A stretch of DNA of 63,491 bases, the filler included, from an uncultured bacterium (GTDB lineage: Bacteria > CAZSTA01): assembly GCA_964609495.1 (NCBI GenBank). It is 28 parts of 28 records of this genome, joined end to end, with 100 filler letters (N's around TTAATTAATTAA, not from the genome) between each part and the next. Parts side by side here need not be neighbours in the genome. Positions count along the whole stretch, not along the records: positions 10,082 to 12,415 come from CAZSTA010000316.1; positions 12,516 to 14,849 come from CAZSTA010000317.1; positions 14,950 to 17,264 come from CAZSTA010000318.1; positions 17,365 to 19,661 come from CAZSTA010000319.1; positions 19,762 to 22,058 come from CAZSTA010000320.1; 23 more parts are not named here. One strand, given 5' to 3'. The notes below the pieces were generated by a model. It ran no database searches. It was not told where the DNA came from and saw only the letters and a list, made by a program, of their open reading frames with translations. Positions 11,940 through 22,158 of the stretch are shown here, in pieces (the stretch's first letter is position 1; each line of letters begins with the position of its first letter). Made by a program: the position numbers and the translations under genes.

Positions 11940-12079
11940 ACAGTTCCTCCCTGTTCTTTCAACGGCTATATCCTTACTAGATAAATAGTCGATTGATTCG
12001 GAAATTCCTTCAAAAATAAAACCACAGGTTTAAATTCCTGTGGTTCAAATAACTCAAGGGACTTTGAGCTTTGGGAAAA

Positions 12080-12293
12080 TAAGCATGTAAACTCCGTGCT
12101 GGGAAATTGAACTTCCCTTAAATCACCCTCCCCTAACCCCTCCCGTCAAGGGAGGGGGAAATAAAGAGAGCAATTCTATCTCAATGTTCCCTCTCCCCTC
12201 GTGGGAGAGGGCTAGGGTGAGGGGGAATTTATATCTTGAACTCCCTAGCGAAAAGCTACTTAAAATCTGCTAGCACAAACTTTTACATGCTTA
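12080..12293. mobile_element. Complete 214-bp MITE with about 24-bp imperfect TIRs and two internal REP-like palindromes
   Basis: TAAGCATGTAAACTCCGTGCTGG ... CTAGCACAAACTTTTACATGCTTA; internal CCCCTCCCGTCAAGGGAGGGG and CCCTCTCCCCTCGTGGGAGAGGG. Confidence 0.8.
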
Positions 12294-12310
12294 GTTTGAG
12301 AAAATAATTC

Positions 12311-12339
12311 TTGACTCTAAAACCTATTTATGCTATATT
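12311..12339 (+). promoter_or_regulatory. sigma70 promoter 17 bp from the MITE end
   Basis: TTGACT-17 bp-(TGn)TATATT. Confidence 0.7.
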
Positions 12340-12551
12340 ATAAATGGCAAATTATGAACCATAACTACTCAAGGGATGGTAAATTATGAGTGATGATAAA
12401 TGGATCACTGTTAAANNNNNNNNNNNNNNNNNNNNNNNNNNNNNNNNNNNNNNNNNNNNTTAATTAATTAANNNNNNNNNNNNNNNNNNNNNNNNNNNNN
12501 NNNNNNNNNNNNNNNCGAGGTGAATGAGGCTCATCACAAGTTAAAGGAATG

Positions 12552-13091
12552 CTACGAATCTGAGACCGATGGTTCAACTGGATGGGGGCGATTCGCGCTC
12601 CCAATACCACTCTTATCTAAATTGTGTATCTCTCGATATCGTGGATCGCTGATCAGCTTTTTCGTCCACCAGTCGATTGCCCTCACATGTCTATTAACAA
12701 CTAGATCCCCAGTTGAAGAGCAAAATCTCGCTTCTCCTGAAACATAGTGAGCTTCGGCACAATTAGGGCATCCATTATAGAGTGCCAATAAATATGAGTA
12801 ATAAGCACATCCATAGAGGAGGTTGATTCGTGGATTGAACAATTCTTGCGGGCTCTCTAACTTTGGTAAATCAAACTCCTTACGATTCATAATGGATTGG
12901 GCTGTCTGCCATAAAATTTGCATTAGCCCATAAGAAGCGTCATTTATCTGTGGCTCTTCTCTAAACGCTTGTGGATTGCCAGATGACTCCTTAAAGATTT
13001 TTGCACATATCCTCGCCTGCGATACTTGATACTTGGCACAGGCTTCCTCAATACAATCCTGATACTTCACATATATTTCAAAAGGATACAT
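12552..13091 (-). CDS. Lytic transglycosylase (SLT domain), probable phage lysin
   Basis: Catalytic KESSGNP, SYGLMQI and LFNPRINL.YG..Y motifs; GGAGG RBS before ATG 13091. Confidence 0.85.
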   Translation of the reverse strand: MYPFEIYVKYQDCIEEACAKYQVSQARICAKIFKESSGNPQAFREEPQINDASYGLMQILWQTAQSIMNRKEFDLPKLESPQELFNPRINLLYGCAYYSYLLALYNGCPNCAEAHYVSGEARFCSSTGDLVVNRHVRAIDWWTKKLISDPRYREIHNLDKSGIGSANRPHPVEPSVSDS

Positions 13092-13119
13092 TTTATCCCT
13101 CCTAATTTCTATCTTCAAA

Positions 13120-14849
13120 TTACCTAACTCTAAGGAATCTGGGCCTTATAGTCGCAGATACTGAGAGAGTATCAGCGATGTTGTTCACGAACGATCCTCT
13201 ATCGACCGAGACGAAGAAGCGATTGCGGCGATAGGCTTCGGGATGAAATTCCCCAGCGATAAGTTCTCCTCTTTCATCCTTAGGATAGATATTTCCGCTT
13301 GATTCGTAACCTATAATATAATCTGATTTTCCTATAGTTGACATAACTAGGTAGTAGTTGTTAGCCCAATCACCATCAGAGGAGAATAGTCCGATCTCCT
13401 CATCAATGGGGAGTAGAAGGAGATAATCGACTCCTACGTGTGACGTTGAGGTTGTAGACTCTATTGTGATCCAATAAGTAGCTGTGCCTCTCTCTGCATT
13501 TCCTTCCTTATCTAGGGGCGGGTATTCTACTTCTCCTAAATCAACTATACACCAGTCATCGGATATATCGGCATAAACCTGATCATTCTCAAATTCTCCA
13601 TCGGCGCCCCATTTGACTCTTATCTTGTGCATTATCGCGGAGAAATTCTTCACTCTGGCGAAAGCTCGGAACTTGCCTATTTGATCGGATAGGTTTGTTG
13701 CTTGCTCGAACTTTAGATATTTCTCGCTTGTAGCGGTCGCGATCTTCGCGTATTTTCCACCACTGCAAGCGCCATCATCCTCCTTTGTTACTGTTCCGTC
13801 TGTTGCTACATAATCTTCTCCCTCGAATACATGGACAAAGTTATCCGCGTCTCCATAAGATCTTATCGCGAAACGACCTTCATCGTAACTATTTGTGCCT
13901 TGAGTATTCTTCAGGAATATCCTCATCTGAGCGGGAAGATCTCCCGGGATATTTAAGAGATCTGTGTAATTACGGTGCGTCGCGGAGTCGGAGTGATTGT
14001 AGAGGGTCTCGCGATTTATGAATGGCAGTTCGGTATATCCCCTTCTCGCATGATAGAGATGGGACGCCTCATCGGCGGATAGCTCGACATCCCAAATCCG
14101 CAGGTCGAAGATCGTTCCTCTTGCTTGCGAGTTTCCCGCGTTCGTCGATCCTAAGAAGAGCCAATCGCCAAGGGAGGCAGGAACGGTAAAGGAATCGGTA
14201 TCACCGATAAGGACTCCATCTCGATATATCTTCCTTCCCGATGATCCCCAAGTGAAGACTAGATGGATCAGATCTCCCGCGGAGAAGGTTTGAGCAGAGC
14301 TTGTCAGATCACCAGTGCCATCTCCGAATACGAAGCTATCTGAGGATTCGCTGTAGAACATCCGAAGGGCAGAACTTCCTTGAGAGGTATCGAGGAGATA
14401 GCGCGAAGTCCCATAAGTATAATCCTCCTGGGGCTTCCACCATAGGGAGAGTGTTCCTGCGGTCTTGGAGATATTGCCAGTGGTTGGATATTTCAAGGTA
14501 TCCGTTCCGGTGATGATAACTCCATCCTCCTCGAGGCTCAGATCGCCATTGGCGACCCCAACACTCATCTCCTCTCCATATCCGAAAGGCTCACAATATA
14601 AGGTGAGCTTGATCCCCCCTAACCTCTCCTTTTGCCAATCGTTGTTGGGGAATCCTCGCAATAGTTTTGTTTCCCCCTGCAATATCCGAAAGCGAATCTC
14701 TCCTCTTCCGAAGATTGGGGCGGTGCCGACTCCCTCACTCCAGCGGTAATGAAGGAAACTATCCTCGAAGGATGTATCGAGGGATAGGAAGAAGTCCTCC
14801 AAATCCCTGATCTTCTTCAACAGATCAGCCTGTCCTGTTCCCTGGATAT
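13120..14849 (-). CDS. Phage tail-like protein with a LamG/concanavalin domain (5' truncated)
   Basis: Distal-tail-like N-terminus (LTLYCEPFGYG), LamG motifs GTLSLWWKP, HLVFTW, DLRIWD.ELS; adjacent to the SLT gene. Confidence 0.65.
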
Positions 14850-14965
14850 NNNNNNNNNNNNNNNNNNNNNNNNNNNNNNNNNNNNNNNNNNNNTTAATTA
14901 ATTAANNNNNNNNNNNNNNNNNNNNNNNNNNNNNNNNNNNNNNNNNNNNCTATCGCTATCCGCTT

Positions 14966-15421
14966 TCAATATATCTCAATATCCCTATCTTTATTTTCGT
15001 CTCCACTTGGTAGATATCTATTTTTCTCTTGTATAGCTGATATGATCTCCTCTATGATCTCCTCTACACTTTGTCGATCTAGGGGTATATGTCGATCCTC
15101 TCCTCTTGGGAGGCTCTGATAAGGGTTATAGGGGATAGTTTGAGGATGGTTTCGATCTCCTCCACCGACCACAATAATATTTGTCTTGGGTTGAGAGTTC
15201 GCATTCTCGGTAACACACCCGCTATAGACTACCAGCACTGCAACTACAAAGCCTAGTATGCCAATTGCTATCGCTCCGTCATGTAAGGTAAAAGCTATCC
15301 TCATACTTCCATAATATTCTGCCACTGACGATATCCCTAAGCATAAAGCTGATAAGATAAGGAAGAAGATAGTTACTCCGATCCCTCGTCCGACTGCTGT
15401 CAAATATCTCATAAAATTCAC
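14966..15421 (-). CDS. 2-TM membrane protein of FtsK cassette 1
   Basis: Two TM helices; clear homolog of 46612-46884. Confidence 0.75.
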   Translation of the reverse strand: MNFMRYLTAVGRGIGVTIFFLILSALCLGISSVAEYYGSMRIAFTLHDGAIAIGILGFVVAVLVVYSGCVTENANSQPKTNIIVVGGGDRNHPQTIPYNPYQSLPRGEDRHIPLDRQSVEEIIEEIISAIQEKNRYLPSGDENKDRDIEIY

Positions 15422-15475
15422 CTCTTTTTTTGAAAAATTCGATACATAAAACCAGATAACTAACTGATAAGAAAG

Positions 15476-16831
15476 CTAGGATATACCAGCTTTTTCTCTG
15501 GTTACCTCTTGAGAGTAACCAGTATCTAACCGATCAGCTCCTCTAACCAGTTCCTCTAACCGATCATAATTGATAGGAGAGGGTAAATTCGGAGCTTCCT
15601 TACCTCCTAATATCCCAAGATCCTCTAATTCTTTTAAAAGCTCTAGTGATCTCGGTTGTGAAAAATTCAATTTCTTTATCAAAATACTTTTCGATATCCC
15701 CTTATCTTTTCCTCTATCACTCATAAGATATATCCTTATCCTCTCTGGTAAAGCCTCAAATTTTTGGATATCCCTAAGATCGGATATATCCCCAAGCTCT
15801 TGGACATCCTCTTGAGGTGGGATATGCTCTCTTTTCTCAATTTGCAATTTAGGGGATATGTCATCTAAGGGGATATTCACTCTTGCATACCCTCTATGGT
15901 TTAAAAGGTATGCCTCCCCTATCCTCAATTTGCTACAGTCTATTCCTGGAGTATTTGATAAGGTGGTGGACTCTCGCTTGGAATGGACTCTAAAGATGAT
16001 TCTGGAGATAATATTCTCTCTGATAATAGGGGAGTTGCTAAGATTCTCTTTTTTACTACTTTGCATAGCTAGGATAAGGTGTATCCTCTCTGATCTACCC
16101 TTCATAGCAACCTGCTCTATATATCCCTTAGAGGTATCAGATAGAGCCACTAGGGAATTGACCTCGTCCAAGATAACTAGGATCGGATATTTGTTTTCCT
16201 TCCCTCTGGATCTACTCTCCATAACCCCTATGATCTCAGATAGGGATATCTCTATATCCCTTATCTCTTTTATGGTCTGTCCATATCTCAATTGAGAGAC
16301 CCCTTTGAATTGATCTAAGTCAGTTTTAGGAGAGTATATCACAAGGGATATAGCCTGCTCTTTATCCCTTATTACAATTTGGGATATGATATTAGAGAGC
16401 AGGTTGCTTTTTCCGGATCCACTACTACCAGCTATTATAATGTGAGGATTCTTATCCCCAATATTGAGTAAAATTAGGGAATTAAAGATATCCGATCCTA
16501 TGAGAATTTTAAGGGGATTCTGATATATCTCTTTATGCTCATTCTCAAGTCTCTGGAGTAGAGTTGATAAAGATATATTCTCTCTATGATCTTTATTTAT
16601 TATGAGATGATATCGCCCCTTGCCTTGCTCTAGTGATATATCCTTATCGGTTATCCCTAACCACATAGATATCCGATCCTCTAATTTAGATATATCCCTA
16701 GCTTGCCTTATATCTGGAATGATAGGGATGGTGATAGTAGCTGGAGATATGATCTCTTTATCTAGCTTGCAATTGATCTTGTAGATATCGAAAAGATCAT
16801 ATAATTTTTGATAGATATATCTCAAGTCCAT
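15476..16831 (-). CDS. Soluble FtsK/SpoIIIE-domain ATPase with a gamma-like C-terminus
   Basis: PHIIIAGSSGSGKS, LVILDEV, KGRSERIHLILAMQ; C-terminal ISKSIL.KKL...PRS.ELL.ELE..GIL; no TM segment. Confidence 0.88.
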   Translation of the reverse strand: MDLRYIYQKLYDLFDIYKINCKLDKEIISPATITIPIIPDIRQARDISKLEDRISMWLGITDKDISLEQGKGRYHLIINKDHRENISLSTLLQRLENEHKEIYQNPLKILIGSDIFNSLILLNIGDKNPHIIIAGSSGSGKSNLLSNIISQIVIRDKEQAISLVIYSPKTDLDQFKGVSQLRYGQTIKEIRDIEISLSEIIGVMESRSRGKENKYPILVILDEVNSLVALSDTSKGYIEQVAMKGRSERIHLILAMQSSKKENLSNSPIIRENIISRIIFRVHSKRESTTLSNTPGIDCSKLRIGEAYLLNHRGYARVNIPLDDISPKLQIEKREHIPPQEDVQELGDISDLRDIQKFEALPERIRIYLMSDRGKDKGISKSILIKKLNFSQPRSLELLKELEDLGILGGKEAPNLPSPINYDRLEELVRGADRLDTGYSQEVTREKAGIS

Positions 16832-16835
16832 ATCC

Positions 16836-16973
16836 TTATCCTACCTTTCTTTTTGAGATATATCTTTTGATCTTATATCTCCTCTCAAGTCCCTCTCTTT
16901 TATCCTCTAATTGAGGTATTATCTCATACCCAATAGGTGATATCCCATGATGGTGTTTAAGGATCTTTAACAT
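16836..16973 (-). CDS. Small basic hypothetical protein
   Basis: Manual ORF MLKILKHHHGISPIG...KRKVG (45 aa) filling the gap before the FtsK gene. Confidence 0.4.
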   Translation of the reverse strand: MLKILKHHHGISPIGYEIIPQLEDKREGLERRYKIKRYISKRKVG

Positions 16974-17157
16974 CTTGACTTTTACCCCTTTCGTAATTTT
17001 CGTCAAGTTCCCCTCTGCTTATCAACTCGTCGATCATATACTCACTTGGTATCCCTTGAGCAAGGGATCGGAAAAATTTGTCCATATATTCAAAATATTC
17101 GGATAGCTCCTCTCCTAGTCCTTTGGGATCAAAAATAAGATCGGACATTCTTATCAT
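16957..17157 (-). CDS. Small hypothetical protein
   Basis: AGAGGAG RBS; first gene of the FtsK cassette. Confidence 0.55.
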   Translation of the reverse strand: MIRMSDLIFDPKGLGEELSEYFEYMDKFFRSLAQGIPSEYMIDELISRGELDENYERGKSQDVKDP

Positions 17158-17364
17158 CTCCTCTAAAAAATTAATTGAAAAATTTTATCAATATATGATA
17201 TAATAGATATAGTCCGCTCCTCTTTAGGGGAGTGGGTCCGACGGGTGGGAGTTGGGGTTGAGAANNNNNNNNNNNNNNNNNNNNNNNNNNNNNNNNNNNN
17301 NNNNNNNNTTAATTAATTAANNNNNNNNNNNNNNNNNNNNNNNNNNNNNNNNNNNNNNNNNNNN

Positions 17365-17468
17365 AGCTCTATCTCGATGTCCCCTCTCCCCTCGTGGGAG
17401 AGGGCCAGGGTGAGGGGGAGTTATAATTCGATCTGAAATCATTTTGATCCCCGATTCTATATGCATCC
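17365..17468. repeat. Repeat-family copy with ATGCATCC-type terminus
   Basis: CCCTCTCCCCTCGTGGGAGAGGG core; ends TATATGCATCC. Confidence 0.8.
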
Positions 17469-17485
17469 AAAAATCCGCGTTTATA

Positions 17486-17514
17486 TTGACTTCCATCATA
17501 CCTTGTGTTATAAT
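17486..17514 (+). promoter_or_regulatory. sigma70 promoter 17 bp from the repeat end
   Basis: TTGACT-17 bp-(TGn)TATAAT. Confidence 0.8.
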
Positions 17515-17570
17515 TGAGGTGCGCTTCCTTATGAGAAGAACTTAATAATCATTAAGGGGATGAGCTTGTA

Positions 17571-19661
17571 ATGAAAAAATGCTTGATTATATCGCTCTCT
17601 ATCCTAATAATATTTTCACTTATATTAGACGGTTGCGATAAGGGAGGAGCTGGTGGTACTAAAAAGCCGGTGGCGATAATCACCGCTAACCCCACCAAGG
17701 GCTCTGCTCCTCTGACCATTGTCTTTACAGGATCGGGTCAAGGGGGGAATGGCACGATAGCTCTTTATCAGTGGGATTTCGGTGATGGCACTACTAGTAC
17801 CGAGCAGAATCCTACTCATACTTATCAGATAGCAGGTACCTATACAGTTACTCTAAAGGTTATGGATAGCAAAGGTAATTTCTCAGATCCAGCTACTATT
17901 ACCATTAATGTTACCGAAGCCGATCTACCAGCGGTAACTGATATCTTCCCGCCTGATGGAGCTGCTGATGTTCCCGTAAATGCCTCGATTAGGATTACCT
18001 TTAATAAAGATATGAACAAGGATACAGTGAGGAACGCCTTCTCTACATCTCCCTCGGTTAATGGCGATATTAGCTGGGAGGGGACCACCTTCATCTTTAC
18101 CCCCGTTCAACCTTTGGATATTAGTAGCTCCTACACAGCTACTATAACTAACGCGGCTAAGGATCTGGAGGGCAACAACCTCATCGCTTCTATCACTTGG
18201 ACCTTCACTACCGCCGCTCCTCCAGCGGTAATATCGGTCGAGCCTTCAGATGGAGCTGAGGAGGTCGCCTTAGACACCGCTATTAAAGTTATCTTCAGTG
18301 AAAAGATGGATCAATTATCGGTGAAGGATGCCTTCTCTATAGTGCCTCCGGTATCTGGGAATTTCAGTTGGAATGCTGAAGGGGATACGATGACCTTCAC
18401 GCCGGATAATAACTTAGCTGGTAGCACTGGTTATACAGCTACTGTAAGCACGGATGCCAAGGATCTTGCGGGGAATAAGTTGATAACTGCGGTTACTTGG
18501 TCCTTCACTACTCGTAAGCAAGAGCAACCACCTCTAGTAGCGGTGGTATCGGTCAATCCTCCAGACGGAGCTAAGGATGTGAAATTAGATACTGATATCG
18601 AGGCGACATTCAATAGAGAGATGAATAAAAGCTCAGTAGAGGATGCTTTCTCTGTAGCTTCTGGCTCTACGGCTTCTAGCATTGAGGGGACTTTCAGTTG
18701 GAGTAGCGATGGAAAGAAGGTAATCTTTGATCCCGAGGATGATCTGGCTAGAGGAACTAAATATACGGTTACCATAAGTACTGGGGCTAAGGATACCGAG
18801 GGCAATAGGCTTCCTGCCAACTTCCAGTGGTCGTTCGATACTATTCCAGAGAATAGACCTCCAACAGTTACGATCACTTCTCCTCAACAAGGAGGTATCT
18901 TCAATAAAGGACAGGAGATAAACTTCCAAGGATCGGCTGTTGATCCAGAGGAGGGAGAATTGACAGGGGACGCTCTAGTTTGGACCTCCAGTATAGATGG
19001 TCAGATCGGAACTGGAAAGCAGTTCACCGAATCTGATCTATCACCTGGAGATCACACGATAACTTTGACCGCAACGGATAGCGAGGGTGCTAAAGGGACC
19101 GCGACGGTTAATATAACCATCAGAGGGAATCAACCTCCAGTAGCTACTATAAACTCTCCTGCCGATGGCAGCACCTTCACTGAAGGGCAGACGATAAACT
19201 TCCAAGGATCGGCTATCGATCCAGAGGAGGGAGAATTGGCGGGGAACGCTCTAGTTTGGACCTCCAGTATAGATGGTCAGATTGGGACTGGAAAGCAGTT
19301 CACTAAATCTGATCTATCACCTGGAGATCATACGATAACTTTGACCGCAACGGATAGCGAGGGCGCTCAAGGGACAGCGACGGTTAATATAACCATCAGC
19401 GGGAATCAACCTCCAGTAGCTACCATAAGCTCTCCTGCTAACGGAGCGATCTTCAATAGAGGAGATACAATAAACTTCCAGGGATCGGCTGTTGATCCAG
19501 AGGAGGGAGAATTGACGGGGAACGCTCTAGTTTGGACCTCTAGTATAGATGGTCAGATCGGAACTGGGAAGCAGTTCAGTAGGTCAGATCTGAGTGTTGG
19601 AGATCATACGATAACCTTGACCGCAACGGATAGTGGAGGTGCTAAAGGGACTGCGACGGTT
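17571..19661 (+). CDS. Surface lipoprotein with PKD, three SbsA Ig-like (Big_5) domains and three 92-aa Ig/PKD-like repeats (3' truncated)
   Basis: Lipobox-like LDGC, YQWDFGDG PKD motif, P.DGA..V...I..F..MN repeats, 276-bp DNA repeats. Confidence 0.88.
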
Positions 19662-19761
19662 NNNNNNNNNNNNNNNNNNNNNNNNNNNNNNNNNNNNNNN
19701 NNNNNTTAATTAATTAANNNNNNNNNNNNNNNNNNNNNNNNNNNNNNNNNNNNNNNNNNNN

Positions 19762-19832
19762 GTAACTGGCCACCAACCTCGAGGACCGTAGTTTTCAAGT
19801 AGAATTTGGTATATCTCTTCCGTTATATTCAT
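19762..19832 (-). CDS. Endonuclease III-related HhH-GPD protein N-terminus (truncated)
   Basis: MNITEEIYQILLENYGPRGWWP. Confidence 0.65.
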
Positions 19833-19858
19833 AATTTGTCTATTTTCAATATGCTCTA

Positions 19859-20506
19859 TTAGATCCCCAACTTTTCCTTGCATTCACGCAGTAGTTTCTC
19901 GGCGTCCTTATTATCCTTATCGAGCTTCAAAGCCCTTCTGAGATCGTCTATAGCTCGATGAGGTTCGCCAGTTTCGTAGAAGTAGTAAGCCCTCCGGATG
20001 AAATTGATGATTCGCTCTTCCTTGGACATTTTACCGATGTCGAAGTCATCATATATTAAATCTATCTCATCTGTTTCGAGCATTAGAGCTTCTTCCTCGC
20101 TTAATTTGCCCTGTCGATAGAGCTTCTGTCCCTCTTCAAGCTTGGATAAGAATGATTCGAGGCGAGCAAGTGCTTTCTCTTGATTGGCTATCTTATATTC
20201 GATCTTTCCTAATTGATAAAACTCCTTGAGGACGATCTTATAAGCCTCTTCTGCTGTTGCAAAGATATCCCTCTTCATCTGAGCGGAATTTGAGATATCG
20301 GTAGTGAGCGCAGTTCCATAAGCATTTAGACCGCTTTGAAAATAGATTCGAAAAGATATTCGTCCTTCAGCCAAATTCAGCCCGAGAATCTCAACGTTCA
20401 ATATCCCAATCGCTACTTCCTTCGCCTTAAATTTCGGCTTCTCTAGTTCTTTACGCTCTACCTTAATTAATCCCTGGGGTTCTTCTTCCTTTTTCTCCGA
20501 GGACAT
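19859..20506 (-). CDS. Hypothetical protein with a C-terminal TPR
   Basis: RAYYFYETGE..RAIDDLRRALKLD. Confidence 0.7.
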   Translation of the reverse strand: MSSEKKEEEPQGLIKVERKELEKPKFKAKEVAIGILNVEILGLNLAEGRISFRIYFQSGLNAYGTALTTDISNSAQMKRDIFATAEEAYKIVLKEFYQLGKIEYKIANQEKALARLESFLSKLEEGQKLYRQGKLSEEEALMLETDEIDLIYDDFDIGKMSKEERIINFIRRAYYFYETGEPHRAIDDLRRALKLDKDNKDAEKLLRECKEKLGI

Positions 20507-20524
20507 AATTTTTCTCCTTTTCTG

Positions 20525-21205
20525 CTAGAAGTCAGCAGTAATAAATATATCGCGTATTCTTCTAAGATGGCATGTATCGTTGATAAGATGGACTATTGGA
20601 TTCTCCTCCTTAGAATATTCGAATATGTTCATAGCGCAGTTATCCTGTTTTATATTCCAAAAATGAGAATTATCCAAGCCAAGCATAGCGCATAGGAGAA
20701 CTTTATTTACCACTCTATGGGATATAATAGCCACTATGCCACCTCGGTGCTTCATAGCGATATCCTTGAGAGCTACTATTCCTCTCTCAGCTACGTTATT
20801 CAGACTTTCTCCTTGGGGGATCTTTACTATGCTTGGTTCAAGACGCCATTGCTTATAGAGATCGGGAAAACGCGCTCTTACCTCACCTTGCGACAATCCC
20901 TGCCATTTCCCATAATCGAAGTCTATAAATCCCTCTTCGCTCTCAGCTTCTAGTTTATGGAAGCTGGCTATGATCTGGGCGGTTTTATAGGCTCTCTTCA
21001 AAGGACTGGAGTATATAGCCTTTAGTTCAACATCCTTGAGAGTCTCTCCCAAAGCGGAAGCTTGCTCTATCCCTCTCTCATTAAGCTCGATATCGATTCT
21101 GCCTCTATATATCTTATCTCTGTTCCAATCGGTCTCTCCGTGTCTGATCAAAATGATCTTAGTCATACTCCCATCATCCGCGAAGACAGGATTAACTTTT
21201 CTCAT
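20525..21205 (-). CDS. Histidine phosphatase (PGM/CobC family); start may be 21166
   Basis: LIRHGETDWN, YSSPLKRA, SH motifs. Confidence 0.92.
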   Translation of the reverse strand: MRKVNPVFADDGSMTKIILIRHGETDWNRDKIYRGRIDIELNERGIEQASALGETLKDVELKAIYSSPLKRAYKTAQIIASFHKLEAESEEGFIDFDYGKWQGLSQGEVRARFPDLYKQWRLEPSIVKIPQGESLNNVAERGIVALKDIAMKHRGGIVAIISHRVVNKVLLCAMLGLDNSHFWNIKQDNCAMNIFEYSKEENPIVHLINDTCHLRRIRDIFITADF

Positions 21206-21869
21206 CGAAGACCATCTGGCTAGTTCTCACTATTTTGCCAGTAACCGTATAGATCACGATCTCCCCTATATTAGTAGCGTGATCGGCCATACGTTCTAGA
21301 TGGCGAGCTACGAGGAGAAGATGAGTTGCTCTAGTGATAGTGCGAGGATCTTCCATCATAAATACCAATAGCTCTCTGAAGATCTGCTCATAAAGACCAT
21401 CAACCTCTATATCATCTCCGCATACTTTTTTGGCCAAGTCTATATCCCTATTCACAAAGGCATCCAAACTTTCCCTAACCATCCTCTGAGAGATGTCTGA
21501 CATTCGAGGTATATCTATAAGTGGCTTTAAGAGAGGTTTATCCGCTATTGCTTTGGTAACTTCTGCTATATTCACCGCCTCATCGGCCATCCTCTCCAAG
21601 TTAGTTACGATCTTAATACCCGCAAAGAGCCTTCTTAGATCTATAGCCATAGGTTGTTGAGTAGCTATAAGCTCAACACATTTCTCCTCTATGCTATTAC
21701 GAAGCTCATCTATAACATCATCTCCTTCTATTACTTTAGCCGCTAGATCTATATCCTTATCGGCTAATGATTGGACTGCTTGGCGGATTGCGTCTTCTAC
21801 TAGTCCTCCTAACCTCAATATATCCCCTTTCAATTCATCTAACTGTTGATGGAAAGCAACTCTTGTCAT
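21192..21869 (-). CDS. phoU: Phosphate signalling protein PhoU
   Basis: QQPMAIDLR, LERMAD, LERMADHATNI. Confidence 0.96.
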   Translation of the reverse strand: MTRVAFHQQLDELKGDILRLGGLVEDAIRQAVQSLADKDIDLAAKVIEGDDVIDELRNSIEEKCVELIATQQPMAIDLRRLFAGIKIVTNLERMADEAVNIAEVTKAIADKPLLKPLIDIPRMSDISQRMVRESLDAFVNRDIDLAKKVCGDDIEVDGLYEQIFRELLVFMMEDPRTITRATHLLLVARHLERMADHATNIGEIVIYTVTGKIVRTSQMVFDEKS

Positions 21870-21958
21870 ATCATCATCCCCCTACTGTTTTTTAGCGGAT
21901 ATTAATTTAATATTTTACCTTCGATGTAAATGATTTTAGCGCTAACTCCAGTTGCTTT

Positions 21959-21987
21959 ATTATAACCTAAAAGATCGAATTTGTCCA
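21959..21987 (-). promoter_or_regulatory. sigma70 promoter for phoU, 17 bp from the repeat end
   Basis: TGGACA-17 bp-TATAAT on the minus strand. Confidence 0.7.
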
Positions 21988-22004
21988 CCATTTAGAATAG
22001 TTTA

Positions 22005-22058
22005 GGATGCATATAAAATCTGGGATCTAAGATCTAATTTACTTTGTATTACACCCTC
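22005..22058. repeat. Repeat-family terminus (GGATGCAT type)
   Basis: Reverse complement of about 59737-59790. Confidence 0.8.
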
Positions 22059-22158
22059 NNNNNNNNNNNNNNNNNNNNNNNNNNNNNNNNNNNNNNNNNN
22101 NNTTAATTAATTAANNNNNNNNNNNNNNNNNNNNNNNNNNNNNNNNNNNNNNNNNNNN

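Noticed and set aside
12123-12226. GC palindromic repeats as a CRISPR array or simple terminators
   Set aside because: They are dispersed, without repeat-spacer periodicity, mostly lack U-tracts, and are embedded in larger TIR-bounded units.
17317-17499. ORF containing PPHPGPLPRGERG
   Set aside because: It is a translation of the palindromic repeat, not a gene.
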